Below, in pieces: positions 13,020 to 25,687 of a DNA stretch of 64,000 nucleotides. How positions within the stretch are numbered: position 1 is the first letter of the stretch; the number at the start of each line of letters is the position of its first letter. The notes beneath the pieces were generated by a model that was not told the origin of the DNA, searched no databases, and saw only the letters and a program-made list of their open reading frames with translations. Source of the DNA: Eledone cirrhosa (lineage: Eukaryota); the NCBI GenBank assembly GCA_964016885.1, contig OZ024741.1:325004001-325068000 (forward strand). The letters are read 5' to 3'. Both the position numbers and the translations under genes were made by a program.

Positions 13020-13062
13020 ACGATGCTGACGATAGCTAATAAGCTTGAAACTAGTACATCGT
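13020..13062 (+). ncRNA. Minimal type I hammerhead ribozyme, intact core
   Basis: acgatg-CTGACGA-tagct aata agctt-GAAAC TA GTA^catcgt. Stem III is the palindrome ACTAGT. The motif lies between about 115-bp direct repeats at about 12727-12842 and 13118-13232. Confidence 0.85.
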
Positions 13063-13818
13063 TCCTTTGTCAGTGTTGAACAAAAGGGCAACGTTTGTTT
13101 ACAAACAAACCGAGCATTATAATAAATGTTCGGTAAACCCATACGTACATATATATATGTGTGCATGTATGTATATATATACATACTACTGTACGTCTGT
13201 ATACATATATGTATGTACGTATACATACTTATATATATGTATATATATATATATATTTATATATTACATAGGCGTCAAAACTATATGCTGCGAAATTTTC
13301 ATTGCGTAACTGGAAGGACCCAGGATAACCAGAGGATTAACCTGGGATGAAATATCACAGGGGATCATTCTTCAAAGGTTGTGCCCCCCCCTCCACCTAC
13401 AAGTCATACTCGAGTTACCTCCCATGTCATTACTGACGTCTGCGCAGAATCCAGCCAGCTCGTAAATACTTGCGTTCCCGCTATAACCATACACGAGTTT
13501 ATACCGTCCTTTGGACTGAGTGCTCTACCAATTTTGGATATAACTTCACGTTTTTTCACTACTCTCTCTCTCTATATATATATATATACATTGGCGGACT
13601 GGGTCTAAAAATATTGATTGCCAGGAAGAGACAAAGGGGCCCACATACAACTACAATACTTCTATTTAAATTTTATATCGAATAAATATTTTTTTTTTAA
13701 TCCTCACCATAACACGTGTCCCCAAGTATGATTTGTGAATTTGTTGTGAAACATAGTCTATACCGTCCTTTGGACTGAGTACTCTACCAACTTTGGATAT
13801 AAGCTACCGTTCTTTCAC

Positions 13819-13849
<31 letters not shown>

Positions 13850-13925
13850 GGTATTGAAGTTTCCATTGAAAATTGAAAAAGTCATAGGAGTGAAGAGTGC
13901 TCTATGAAAGTACCAGAGCTAAATT

Positions 13926-14270
13926 TAATGTATAATAAACAATACAATATAATTGCCTCATTACCAGAGGTTTCCCGAATAAGACGAATACAAAAAACGT
14001 CCTCATTCGTTCATCGGACAAGGCAATTTAAAACATAGGGAAATATTTGAAAATCTCCTCAAGAAAGGCAAAAGTTTAACGGGCAAAACAAAAATATATA
14101 TATTTTTTTTGCCCGTTAAACTTTTGCCTTTCTTGGGGAGATTTTTCAAATATTTCACTATGTTTTAAATTGCCTTGTCCGATGAACGAATGAGGACGTT
14201 TTTTGTATTCGTCTTATTCGGGAAACCTCTGGTAATGAGGTAATTATATTGTATTGTTTATTATACATTA
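13926..14270. repeat. 345-bp near-perfect palindrome carrying a hammerhead-like fold in each arm (14171-14242 +, 13954-14025 -)
   Basis: The arms mirror around aaaatatatatatttt at about 14098. The fold reads tgccttgt-CCGATGA-acgaat...attcgt...GAAACC tct GGTA^atgaggta. Confidence 0.85.
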
Positions 14271-14936
14271 TATATATATATGTATATATGCATTTTTTTT
14301 AATGGCTGACTTAACACACGTTCTTTCCCCGTGTAAATATTTTCCCTCTTCTTACTCACGTATATCTTTCTATTTCTTCTATTTTTTCATTCTATCTTCT
14401 GGTGGAGGAATAATGTCTTCAGCGTTAAGACTCCTTTCCTACTATATCAACAATTAAACTAGTATATATCATAGTTGTACTGTATCGTACTCTGGTTGTT
14501 TTTATATGCAATAGGTTTACGTGTACCAAACATACATGGTTACAGCTTCAAACAGTCATAGTAAGACTTGTGTATATATGTTATACTTAAACATGTCGGA
14601 TATACCTTCACATACATACTTCTAATATGAATCACGCTATGTTAGTACTATTGGTAATTAATCTTAACTGGTCAAATTTGCACTATATGCAAATGAGCAT
14701 CCCCGGTAGATGTTTTATACGGAAAAGTTGTATAAACTTTAGCTTATTCTAGTCTCGGTACCGAATGAATAAAAGTCATTGATGACGAATAAACGTCCAG
14801 AAATACGTGTCTGGTCTTCTCATACGGCCACTGAGATAGATGTGACATGATCACTGCTTAAAATATCCATAGTGAGACGTGTGTGTGTTATACATAAACT
14901 TATCGTATATGCCTTCAAATACACTTCTATTATGAA

Positions 14937-16602
14937 CTAGCAGAGGTACCCGGCGTTGCTCGGGTATTAAATAGCAGTTATGTATACCATTTATGTCAAT
15001 ACTTCAGTGCTGCTTCGAAAACTATACTTTTATAAACTCATCGACTTTTTCCAAAAGGGGGTTCCTGCCCTCAGGGGTCCCCTACTCAACATGTGCCAAT
15101 TCTGAGAGTTCACATTCATCTGTAGAACAAACGTATCCCATGTGTCAAGTTTTGTGAAAATCGGTTGCGAACTCCAGAAGTTATGACGTTTTTTTTGCAT
15201 TGCACTGCAGTGCTTCAGTCGACTCCAAGGAAGTGGTTAAAGGGCGTTATCCGCCGGGAGGCCCTATAATCAATATCTGGAAAAATGAAAGTGTCCATGA
15301 CCATCCGGAGTACATGAGTAACCTATGTCTTAAGTTTGGTGAAAATACTGTAGAAATGCATAAGGTTTACACACACGCGCGCACGCGCACGTGTGTGTGT
15401 GTGTGTATGTATTTGTGTGTGCGTATGTATAAGTATGTGTATGTTCGTCGGTGCATACGTATGTACTGGCCTAAATCTTCACTATTTATTTTTACTATGT
15501 TAAGGCAAAGTTAAAATCCCGTCGAGGTTAACTTTGCCTTTCATCCTTACGGGGTCGATAAAATAAAGTACCAGTAATGTACTGTTTAATTGCTGGCCTT
15601 GTGCCAAAAGTAGAAACAACTATTTTAATAACCTGTCATTTTCGTTTACAATTTTATTTACATCATTCTTAAACTCCGGGGCTGGAAATCATTCGGTTAT
15701 TTTAAATAGAATATTAGGCTAACGACTCCATTTACACCATAAACTTGGTCTTCTCTTTGCATGAAATTGTTCTTCTCGGTCCACCGCGTCGTTTATACGT
15801 AACATAAATAGATAAGCAAATGACGCCATAAAAGGGAAATAACTCGTCTCTCATCTCTATTTATACATTTGAACTGAAAAATCAATACATTACAAATTCG
15901 ATTTTTACACTTGGCGTGGGTCGATTTGAAAATTTATTTGACCGATGGTTCCGCCGGACCTTCATCTATAAGTGTAGCGATTTCACCGAAATTTGAACGA
16001 ACCACAGCTTTATATATATAGAAGACGCTCAATGTAAACAGAACAAAGGGAAATAACTCGTCACTTACGCTCAAAAATCGATACATTAGATTCGATTTCG
16101 TCACATAGGGTGGGTCAATTTGAAATTTTTTTTTTTCCGATATCTTCGCTAGGGCTCAATGTACAAGTATAGCAATTTCGGTGCAATTACGTCAGAGATT
16201 CTAAGAGGAGATGTGTGCCAAAAATCGATAGACAGACAGACAACCACAGCTTTATATATATAGAAGACGCTCAATGTAAACAGAACAAAGGGAATGACAG
16301 ATGGTTCCGCCGGACCTTCATCTATAAGTGTAGCAATTTCACCGAAATTTGAACGTACTGTTTAAGAGGAGATGTGTGCCGAAGGTTTTAGTAGACAGAC
16401 AGACAGCCTCAGTTTTATATATATAGATGACATAATCAAAAACAAGAAGAACTTATTTGAAAATTTATTTGACCGATGGTTCCGCCGGACCTTCATCTAT
16501 AAGTGTAGCAATTTCACCGAAATTTGAACGTACGGTTTAAGAGGAGATGTGTGCCGAAGGTTTTAGTAGACAGACAGACAACCTCAGTTTTATATATATA
16601 GA
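14937..16602 (-). mobile_element. Composite non-autonomous Helitron (several stacked 5' ends, internal SINE)
   Basis: On the minus strand the 5' end is TCTATATATATAAAA at 16602, and the 3' end is the hairpin cccgagcaacgccggg followed by CTAG at 14937. It is inserted at A|T with no TSD, and 5' modules repeat ending at about 16022, 16263, 16427 and 16602. Confidence 0.8.
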
Positions 16603-16685
16603 TTATGGTATGTTAGTGCTACTGCAAATATATATGTATGTATTTGTGTTTGTGTGAGGGGAGTTGTTTGTGCGTATGTTTGTGC

Positions 16686-16781
<96 letters not shown>

Positions 16782-17385
16782 CGTAACCAACAGAAATCCA
16801 ATATATACACATATGTCCAAACAATTATAATTAATTATAGAGGGTGGTAGTTATAGAGTGTTTGAAAACAAAAAGTGAAGCAAGATAAATCTCCTGGTTT
16901 TATTCCAATCTTATTTGTCAAAATATTCACTTAGCCGCCGGCTCCATTATTCAGTCATTTTTGCCCATTGCATTTTCATATTTCTTTTATACTAATATTT
17001 TTCTTCGTCTTCTTTATTATTACATATATTTTTGTAGCTTTAATCCGTTATCTTCTGTTCCAAAACAATAGTTTAAAATGTAACGTCTGCTTCTTTACAA
17101 TTGTCAAAGAGCTATCTGCTGCTTCTTTACAAAACGTCATTTTTAAATTGCCTTATTTTTTTTATATATTAATATTAATATTAATTTTATTTGTTATGTC
17201 ACTTTTTAGCTTCTAATAACAACTATTTATTTATAAATTTATTCTGCTCATTGTTGGTGTTGGTGGGAGGAAGGCTGTTTACGTATTTCTTTTGTTTCAT
17301 TAAAAATGTAACCCCCACACCCTCAATAAAATATTCTATTCCTACATGTATAGGACACGCATTTGTCGTTGCACACATGCACGCA

Positions 17386-17443
<58 letters not shown>

Positions 17444-18150
17444 GAGAGAGAGGGGGGGGAGATAGAAATGACTTGTACAGGACTAGAACTGTTCTAGTCC
17501 TGTAGAAGTTATTTCTATAATAAAATAAAGATGACTATACTCTACTAACGTATTGAGTAGCTTTTTTTAACTGTCGTCACCTCTCAATATACATCGGGAA
17601 TCCACCTATATATATAATATATATATTTGTTTTCAAAATAGGGAGCGCACAGGACAAAGACAATGGAAAAAACGGAAAGACGGACAGTCCCATCTCCTCA
17701 GTCAACCTCTGGAAATCACTGCAGTTATATATATATGTGTGTGTGTGTGTGTGTGGAGAGAGAGGGTGGGGGGGCATTAGTTAGACATTCAAGAAGCTAG
17801 CAGTTTCACAGATTTTGTTGACAAAGGCACGCATTCTTCATTATTAGAAGATATATGTACGCTTTGTCATCACTAATCTCCAGTCTTGAATAAATCTGTA
17901 GACAGTATAACAATTCCGATAATGAAGATGGGGTTGCGGTGGCTTCGAAACGTTGGTGCATTTAGAAAAGCTAAATATAAAGAAATAAGGTGGGGATCGT
18001 AAGCCGAACTCTCTAAACACTAAGCCACGTACCTTTACACATACATAAATACATTACATACATTTGTACATACATATACAAAAATACATACATAAATACA
18101 TATATGTACATACATATACAAAAATACATACATACATGCATACATCTACA

Positions 18151-18330
18151 TCTACTATATAAATGGCAATTTCTGTCTATCTTTGTATCTGTGTATAACC
18201 AGTTAGCGCCTACATCAGTGATCCGATCCTGATGAAACTTTACACACATGTTAAGCTAATATTCAGAAACAGGACTGGCTAATTTCAATAAAAATCAATA
18301 CTGGAACCCCTGGGGAAATCTTTACAATGG
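18151..18330 (+). mobile_element. Helitron-like 5' fragment
   Basis: a|TCTACTATATAAA followed by tctgtc/tgtatctgtg and ccgatcctgatgaaactttacacac, which is typical of Helitron-type non-autonomous 5' ends. Confidence 0.5.
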
Positions 18331-18532
18331 AGGAGGAAAGAGAAGACGTTTCAGTGAGAGAGGGGGAAGAGGAGATACTACTTCTGCATGTTAAACCCTC
18401 CCTCCCACTACTCCCTTCCTCCTCCCACAACTCAGTCCTCCAAAATGAGGGAACAACTTATTAGAAATATACATAAAGAAATGTCTAACAAAGCAGACGA
18501 CAATCTAATTTTGGTTGACGACTGAACAGATG

Positions 18533-18582
<50 letters not shown>

Positions 18583-18590
<8 letters not shown>

Positions 18591-18774
18591 TAACAGATTA
18601 AAGTTTAAGCAAAGAATCGCTGCTTTCACCCTTAACGGGATCTTCTGAAACTAACAAAGTCAATCTGTAAACGCAGAAGTACGCGTTTACAGATTGACTT
18701 TGTTAGTTTCAGAAGATCCCGTTAAGGGTGAAAGCAGCGATTCTTTGCTTAAACTTTAATCTGTTATTTTAATA
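18583..18774. repeat. Perfect palindrome with about 92-bp arms next to (TA)n
   Basis: 18583-18674 is the reverse complement of 18683-18774, with an 8-nt spacer. It contains cagaaga-tccc gttaa gggt-gaaa, a hammerhead-like motif with an altered core. Confidence 0.9.
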
Positions 18775-18862
18775 AATATTTGCTCTACGGTTCTTATATA
18801 TTTGATATATATCTATCCTTATCGAGCCCTCTTTGGATTTTGGTCTTCAAATTTATTATTAT

Positions 18863-18907
<45 letters not shown>

Positions 18908-21147
18908 ATCCACTGATATGGATTCTGAACACGTGCACACGCTTAGGTCACATTAAGGTCAACTGCAGGAATCGGTGATAAGTTGCAAAAAAAGTGTGAT
19001 GATCAATGAGCTGGAAGTTGGCTTACCGTGAGATTAGTCCGAAGAATAAAAACCCTAATCGTATGTTGACGAATATTCGTACTCCCGGCATGTTAATTGT
19101 AACATGCCATCTTTGAGAGTAGAGTTTATTTTGTCAATATTTTGAGGTGTCCGATCGTGGGAAGATTAACACGAATTAAGAAGATATAACTTCTCCCATT
19201 AATTGACACTTTGCAACAGTGAACGTTACAAGGCCCTTTTTAGGGCCAACACATCTGATTGTTTATCCGACCTATTATGGTGTGTTTTCTCGGGTTATGT
19301 CTACTATAGGGGGGAAATGGGATGGTTTATTGAAATGCTTCAGTCATTCGAAGTGCTTTACAAACGGTGATATACAAGGTACTTGAACAGTACCTGAAAA
19401 TGTTCACTCGGTTATAATTACTTCAATAATTGCGAAGACTTCCTCGTACTTCAGACCCAATCGTACCCGGCTACCTACTCCTATACGAACCTGATTATGA
19501 TCCGACGAACTCTCTAGATCGCTGGCTTTTTCACCTTTCCGCTTGAAAGAGTCTTTTCTACACCAAAACCCTATTTCTGTTTATAATTTTTGTTGTTTAC
19601 TTATATCTTATAATCGTATGCATATTTTTACCCTCTTTATACCCAGTTTATACTTGTTTGTTGACTTATATATTACATTTATATGCGTATTTCTAACCTT
19701 TTTCTTTATATTATATTTATATAGTATCCATTGCATTTATTTTTCTTACTTTTTTTTACCTTGTATTATCTTCTCTTACCTCTTCTTATATAGTTTTAAT
19801 ATTTACCCCTCATAATATATTACACCCCCGTTATATTGTTTTATTGGCATGTTATTATTACTTACTTTCTTACTTTCCTCTATCCCACCTAGTGGCTATC
19901 TATGTAAGAATTATAGAGTACTACACCGTAAAGTACATTCCATATATGATAGATTATATAATATTCAAGGACCCCTAGACTCAATAATAGCCGCGGTTTA
20001 GTTAAATTCTATATTAATTTATTTTAATTTATTTTTCTTTCTAATGTAACCTATCTTATTTTAAGTCAACCCCAGAATTTACTCCAACCTAACATGGATT
20101 TCTCCTGACTATATTTTTCGAGTTAAGTTCGACCTTGTGCAACCCCTCTCTCATAAGCCATAACGCCAAGGAGATAACATGGAATATGTAGCTTAATGCC
20201 TATGTGCATATCTTCGTCGGTTTGCGGGCGTCGGTGGATATATTAGTCCATCAGCCTGGAACATGTGGTCCTTGTGGTGAAAAGCTGTTCAGACTAACTT
20301 GGCTATGACCTAGAGTGATTGATAATTGACTAGATAATTAACCAATTTTCCTCTCCATTTATTATTGAATATACTTTGAATCTCACTTTAATACAACGGA
20401 CCACGGGATAAGCTAGAGACAAACCACACCAAGCTTAGCCCTAAATAAATTAACACATATATAGACAAGAATATATTTTGTAAATCCTAACCTTTAGAGA
20501 TACCTTAAAAGCTGCCTTCTTTTAACTACTATAGTCTTCCCCTTGTCCCTTTACGGACTGAGTTCAAATCCTGCCGAGGTTAACTTTGCCTTTCATCCTT
20601 TCGGGGTCGATAACATAAAGTACCAGTAATGTACTGGGTAATTGCTGGCCTTGTGCCAAAAGTATAAACAACAATTATGTTTAATCGAAAGCACACACAC
20701 ACACACACACATATATATTTACAGTATATATATATCTTCCATATGTTTAGGTTACGTTGAACCCAAACGTATAGAAGATAGGGAAAAGAGAATAAGAGAT
20801 TTAAAACAAAATGAAAATTGACTCGAGGACTGCCCTTAAAAAAACTGTTGTAGTGTGAAAAAGCAGTCCCCGGGTGCTGGTAGATGCTCCAGGGATGGCG
20901 GGGAAGTTTAGGTGCGGTCAAGTGCCGACACAAAAGACTTTAGTCTTGTCTGACCCTCTACCAATACTGCCAATTCACCGCTTGCGATTAAACATAATGG
21001 TATGCAGTTAGCGCTCGTAGATTGATATTGTATAGAAACATATGTTAAGGAACAAACTCTAAATAAATCTTTCTCTTCTAACCCCTTTACTTCTCGCCTA
21101 GTCATTTGATTTTCCTGGTATTATAACTTTAGTATTATATATATACC

Positions 21148-21189
<42 letters not shown>

Positions 21190-21191
<2 letters not shown>

Positions 21192-22252
21192 CCTCACCGG
21201 ACAACCGGTGTGGGCCCCGTTCGTGAGGCGAGCCTTCCCACGACTAGTCTCGCTGACCGAGCTTCAGTCCTGGGTCAAGCAAAGATCGAGGAAAATGGGC
21301 GACTGGCACATCGAATGTGCTCAAGCGCTCACAGCCCTCTGGCAGGCGGACCTGGCGATCAGTGGAGACTCCACTTCGTCATTCTATAGAGGGTTGATCC
21401 GCAGCAAGTGCGACGACGTGCTCGGTGAAACTCTGGGCGTAGAGGAAGATGAACTGGCTAGTCTGTTCGGTAGGAGCTTCCGCTCGGGACCGATGGACAA
21501 CTTCCAAAAGTCCCTGGCAGTGCTACCGAGGAGCTCTACCAGTTCGAGACAAGCTCTACAGACATGGGCGCCCGGGCAGGGACCCTGCAAAAAAGATCTG
21601 TCCGAGGTGCGTGCGAGACGAAGAAACCGTCGCGCATGCATTCATACACTTCCCGGGCGTCACCGACTTGTGGGGCTATGTAGAACGACTATTGTCGCGA
21701 GTGAGACCAATCCGGTTGACCACCGAGTCCATTGTCATGATCAAACCGCCACCCTCCTTCAAAAACGAAGGGGAGGCGGTTTTCCTTTGTGTGATAGCTA
21801 TGGCGAAAGAGGTTGTATGGTGGACAAGGTTGAAAGGGCTGAGGTCAGACACCTTTCTCTCCGGCCAACAACTGATTCTTTTTTTCAAATACCACTTTGG
21901 AAGAAGAATCAGGATGGAGAGAGAGGTGCTGTACCCCGGCAAGTTTTATGAAAGGTGGGTGAAAGTGGCGAGAATGGCCCGAGTGAATGGGCCTTCTCTC
22001 TATATCAGCCTGTAGGTTGAGGAAAAAGAGGAGGAGAGGAAAGGAATACAAACTCTTCGTACTCCTGAAGATGAGGTTGCACATTTTTTTCGGGGTTATG
22101 TGTTACCCATCTGAAATGTCTCCCCTATTGGGGAAAATCGCCTAATTTTTAAATTACATTTGTGATAATATTTTACACGTTTTTATTGTATGTAAAGTTC
22201 CCCCTTTGTATTTGTCCCCTTCTTTTGTGCCCCTGTGGCTAATAAAGAAACA
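21190..22252 (+). mobile_element. 5'-truncated Tx1/L1-clade LINE (zf-RVT C-terminus plus 3' UTR) in an (ATCT)n tract
   Basis: WQCYRGALPVRDKL...CPRC..DEETVAHAFIH zinc-finger motif in a frameshifted ORF that stops at 22015. The 3' end is ctaataaagaaaca, and (ATCT)n flanks both sides. Confidence 0.85.
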
Positions 22253-22318
22253 TATCTATCTATCTATCTATCTATCTATAAATAGATAGATAGATAGATA
22301 GATTGATAGATAGATAGA

Positions 22319-23180
<862 letters not shown>

Positions 23181-23318
23181 AACATGCATACATACATAAA
23201 GTTGCTTTGATGGATGTCATTTTCAAGGTCAGTTTATATTGCTATTTGTATGACGTTAGACAATAAACTGCAATACATGTTATTATATGGTGTGTGTGCA
23301 TGTGTGTGCATGTGTGTG

Positions 23319-23356
<38 letters not shown>

Positions 23357-23696
23357 TGTGGGTGTGTGTGTGTGTGTGTGTCTGCGAGTGTGTGTATGCA
23401 CGCGTTCGTTTGTCTGTGGGGTATATGACTATGCGTGTCTGTATGTGTGCAGGGTTTTTTCAAAACCTACTGATTATATTAAATTAAACACACACACGAA
23501 CACTCATATGCATAGTACATATACACACGTACACACAAATATACACATACATAGACACACTGAGACGTACATATACACACACAAACATGTACGCGCACAC
23601 ACACACATGCAGAAATGCACGTGCGCGCACACATGGATAGACATACACACACACGTAGACACTCATACATAGACACTTATACGCAAGCACATAATT

Positions 23697-24800
23697 GGGA
23701 GTTCAAATCCGCCGAGATTAACTTTGCGACGTCGATAAAATAAAGTACCAGTGATGCTCTGGGGTAATCGCTGACCTTGTGCCAAAAGTAGAACTATAAA
23801 GTACCAGTAATGCACTGGGTAATTGCTGGCCTTGTGCCTAACGTAGAAACAATTATTAAGGGGAGAGGATTGGCAATATCGGTAGAGCGTGAAGCAACAT
23901 GCTTTGAGGCATATAGTTACGACCCTTTGAGTTCAAAAACACCGAGGTTAGCTTTGCCTTTCATCCTTACGGTTTCGATAAAAAAAAATAATAAAGTACC
24001 AGTAACGCACTGCGGTCGATTTAATCGACCCCCCCCCCCCCCAAAAAAAAACAAGAAAAATGGTTGGCTTTGTGCCTAAATCAGAAACCATTATTATTAT
24101 TATTCTGAGTTCAAATCTCGCCGAGGTTTACTTTACCTTTCATCCTTACGGGGTCGATAAAATAAAGTACCAGTAATGTACTGGGTAATTGCTGGCCTTG
24201 TGCCTAAAGTAGAAACAGTTATTATTATTATTCTGAGAGCTGTGGATTGGCAATATCGGTAGAGCGCCGGACAACATGCTTCGTGACATGGAGTTACGGC
24301 CCTTTACGTTCTTAGTTCAAATCCTGCCGAAATTAGCTTTGCCTTTCAATTAAACGAGGTTGATAAAATAAAGTACCAGTCATTCACTGGGGTCGATTTA
24401 ATTGACTTTCCCTCCCCAAATTACTGGCCTTGTGCCTATACTAGAAATCATGTTATCTTCCACGATTTTTTAATGGCTTTTTTCGTGGCAACGGTGGATC
24501 GGCAGTATCAATAGAGAATCGGACGCCATTCTTTGCAGCATAGAGTTACCGCCCTTTACGGTCTGAGTTCAAATCCCGCTGAGAATAACTATGCCTTTCA
24601 TCCTTACGGGGTCGCTAAAATAAAGTACCAGTAATGCACTGAGATAATGCGTTATGCCAAAACTAGAAACAATTATTATTCCGGACGCTAGATTGGCGGT
24701 CGTTAGAATGTCGGACAAAATCTTTGAAGTATCTGTTCCGATTCTTTACGTCCTCGGTTCATATCCCGCCGATGTCAACTTTGCTTTTCATCCTTCCGAG
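23697..24800 (+). repeat. Tandem cluster of about 6 full or partial tRNA-derived SINE copies
   Basis: Repeated units of ttggcaatatcggtagagc (A box), gagttcaaatcc (B box), ctttgcctttcatccttacggggtcgataaaataaagtaccagt and a (tta)n tail. Confidence 0.85.
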
Positions 24801-25053
24801 GTAAAAAAAAAAACAAGGAAGAGGCTATGTAGCCGCTCACGGTAAAATAGATTCCCAGGCCATGTAACCGGTAAAAGTGTCAGACACCATGAGTTGCGAC
24901 CTTTTACGGTCTGAGTTAAGACAATTTGAAATCTTTCCCACCATCAATTGTTAAAAAACAAGTTTAATCGTCCATTCGTAAGGTACATTACGCTTTAGTT
25001 ACATACACACACATCTACACGTAAATACATAAACAGATACAGACAACAGAAGT

Positions 25054-25135
<82 letters not shown>

Positions 25136-25256
25136 CTACTCATACATGTTGATAAATAGACACATTATACAAAATAATTATTACATACACACACATCTAT
25201 GAATGATTGAGGAAGGAAGGAAGGAAGGGGCTGGTGAAACCCTATAACAATATGTG

Positions 25257-25687
25257 TGTTGCGTCCCTTTAGGGTTTACCGGCTACATAGCCTATTCATA
25301 AAAAAATATATAATATCAGTCTATGGGAAGGATGAGAAGTTAAATGTTACCTATATCTTTTTATAACTGCAAGTTATAAAATCTTCTAAGGATCTTGTTT
25401 TTTTACAAACGATGAGTTGGTTGCTTCTGACTTGCAGGATATAAATAAATATCTCTTTAACGCTCAATCCTCTATAAATATAATTTTTATTGTCGAAAGG
25501 AATATAGTAGGAGTCATTCTGTTATAATTCTTTACTCTTCCGTAGTCATCTCCTTATCTGCTCTGTACTCTGGTTTTTCACCAGAGAGAGAATGACCATG
25601 TATTCATACGTGATATACCATTGGTCAGTTTAACGTTATTGCATATGAAAATGTTGCTATTGCGAGGCACGACGTAGTTCCACTACA
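25257..25687 (-). repeat. 3' LTR of the Gypsy element
   Basis: On the minus strand it begins TGTAGTG immediately after the purine-rich tract agcagagggtga and ends GCAACA. Confidence 0.65.

Noticed and set aside
15930-16602. Regularly recurring repeats that could look like a CRISPR array
   Set aside because: The units are long and irregular and end in Helitron 5' termini. There are no unique spacers or cas genes, and the context is eukaryotic.
18225-18245. ctgatgaaac hammerhead-like string
   Set aside because: It has no stem II or III and is part of a Helitron-type 5' sequence.
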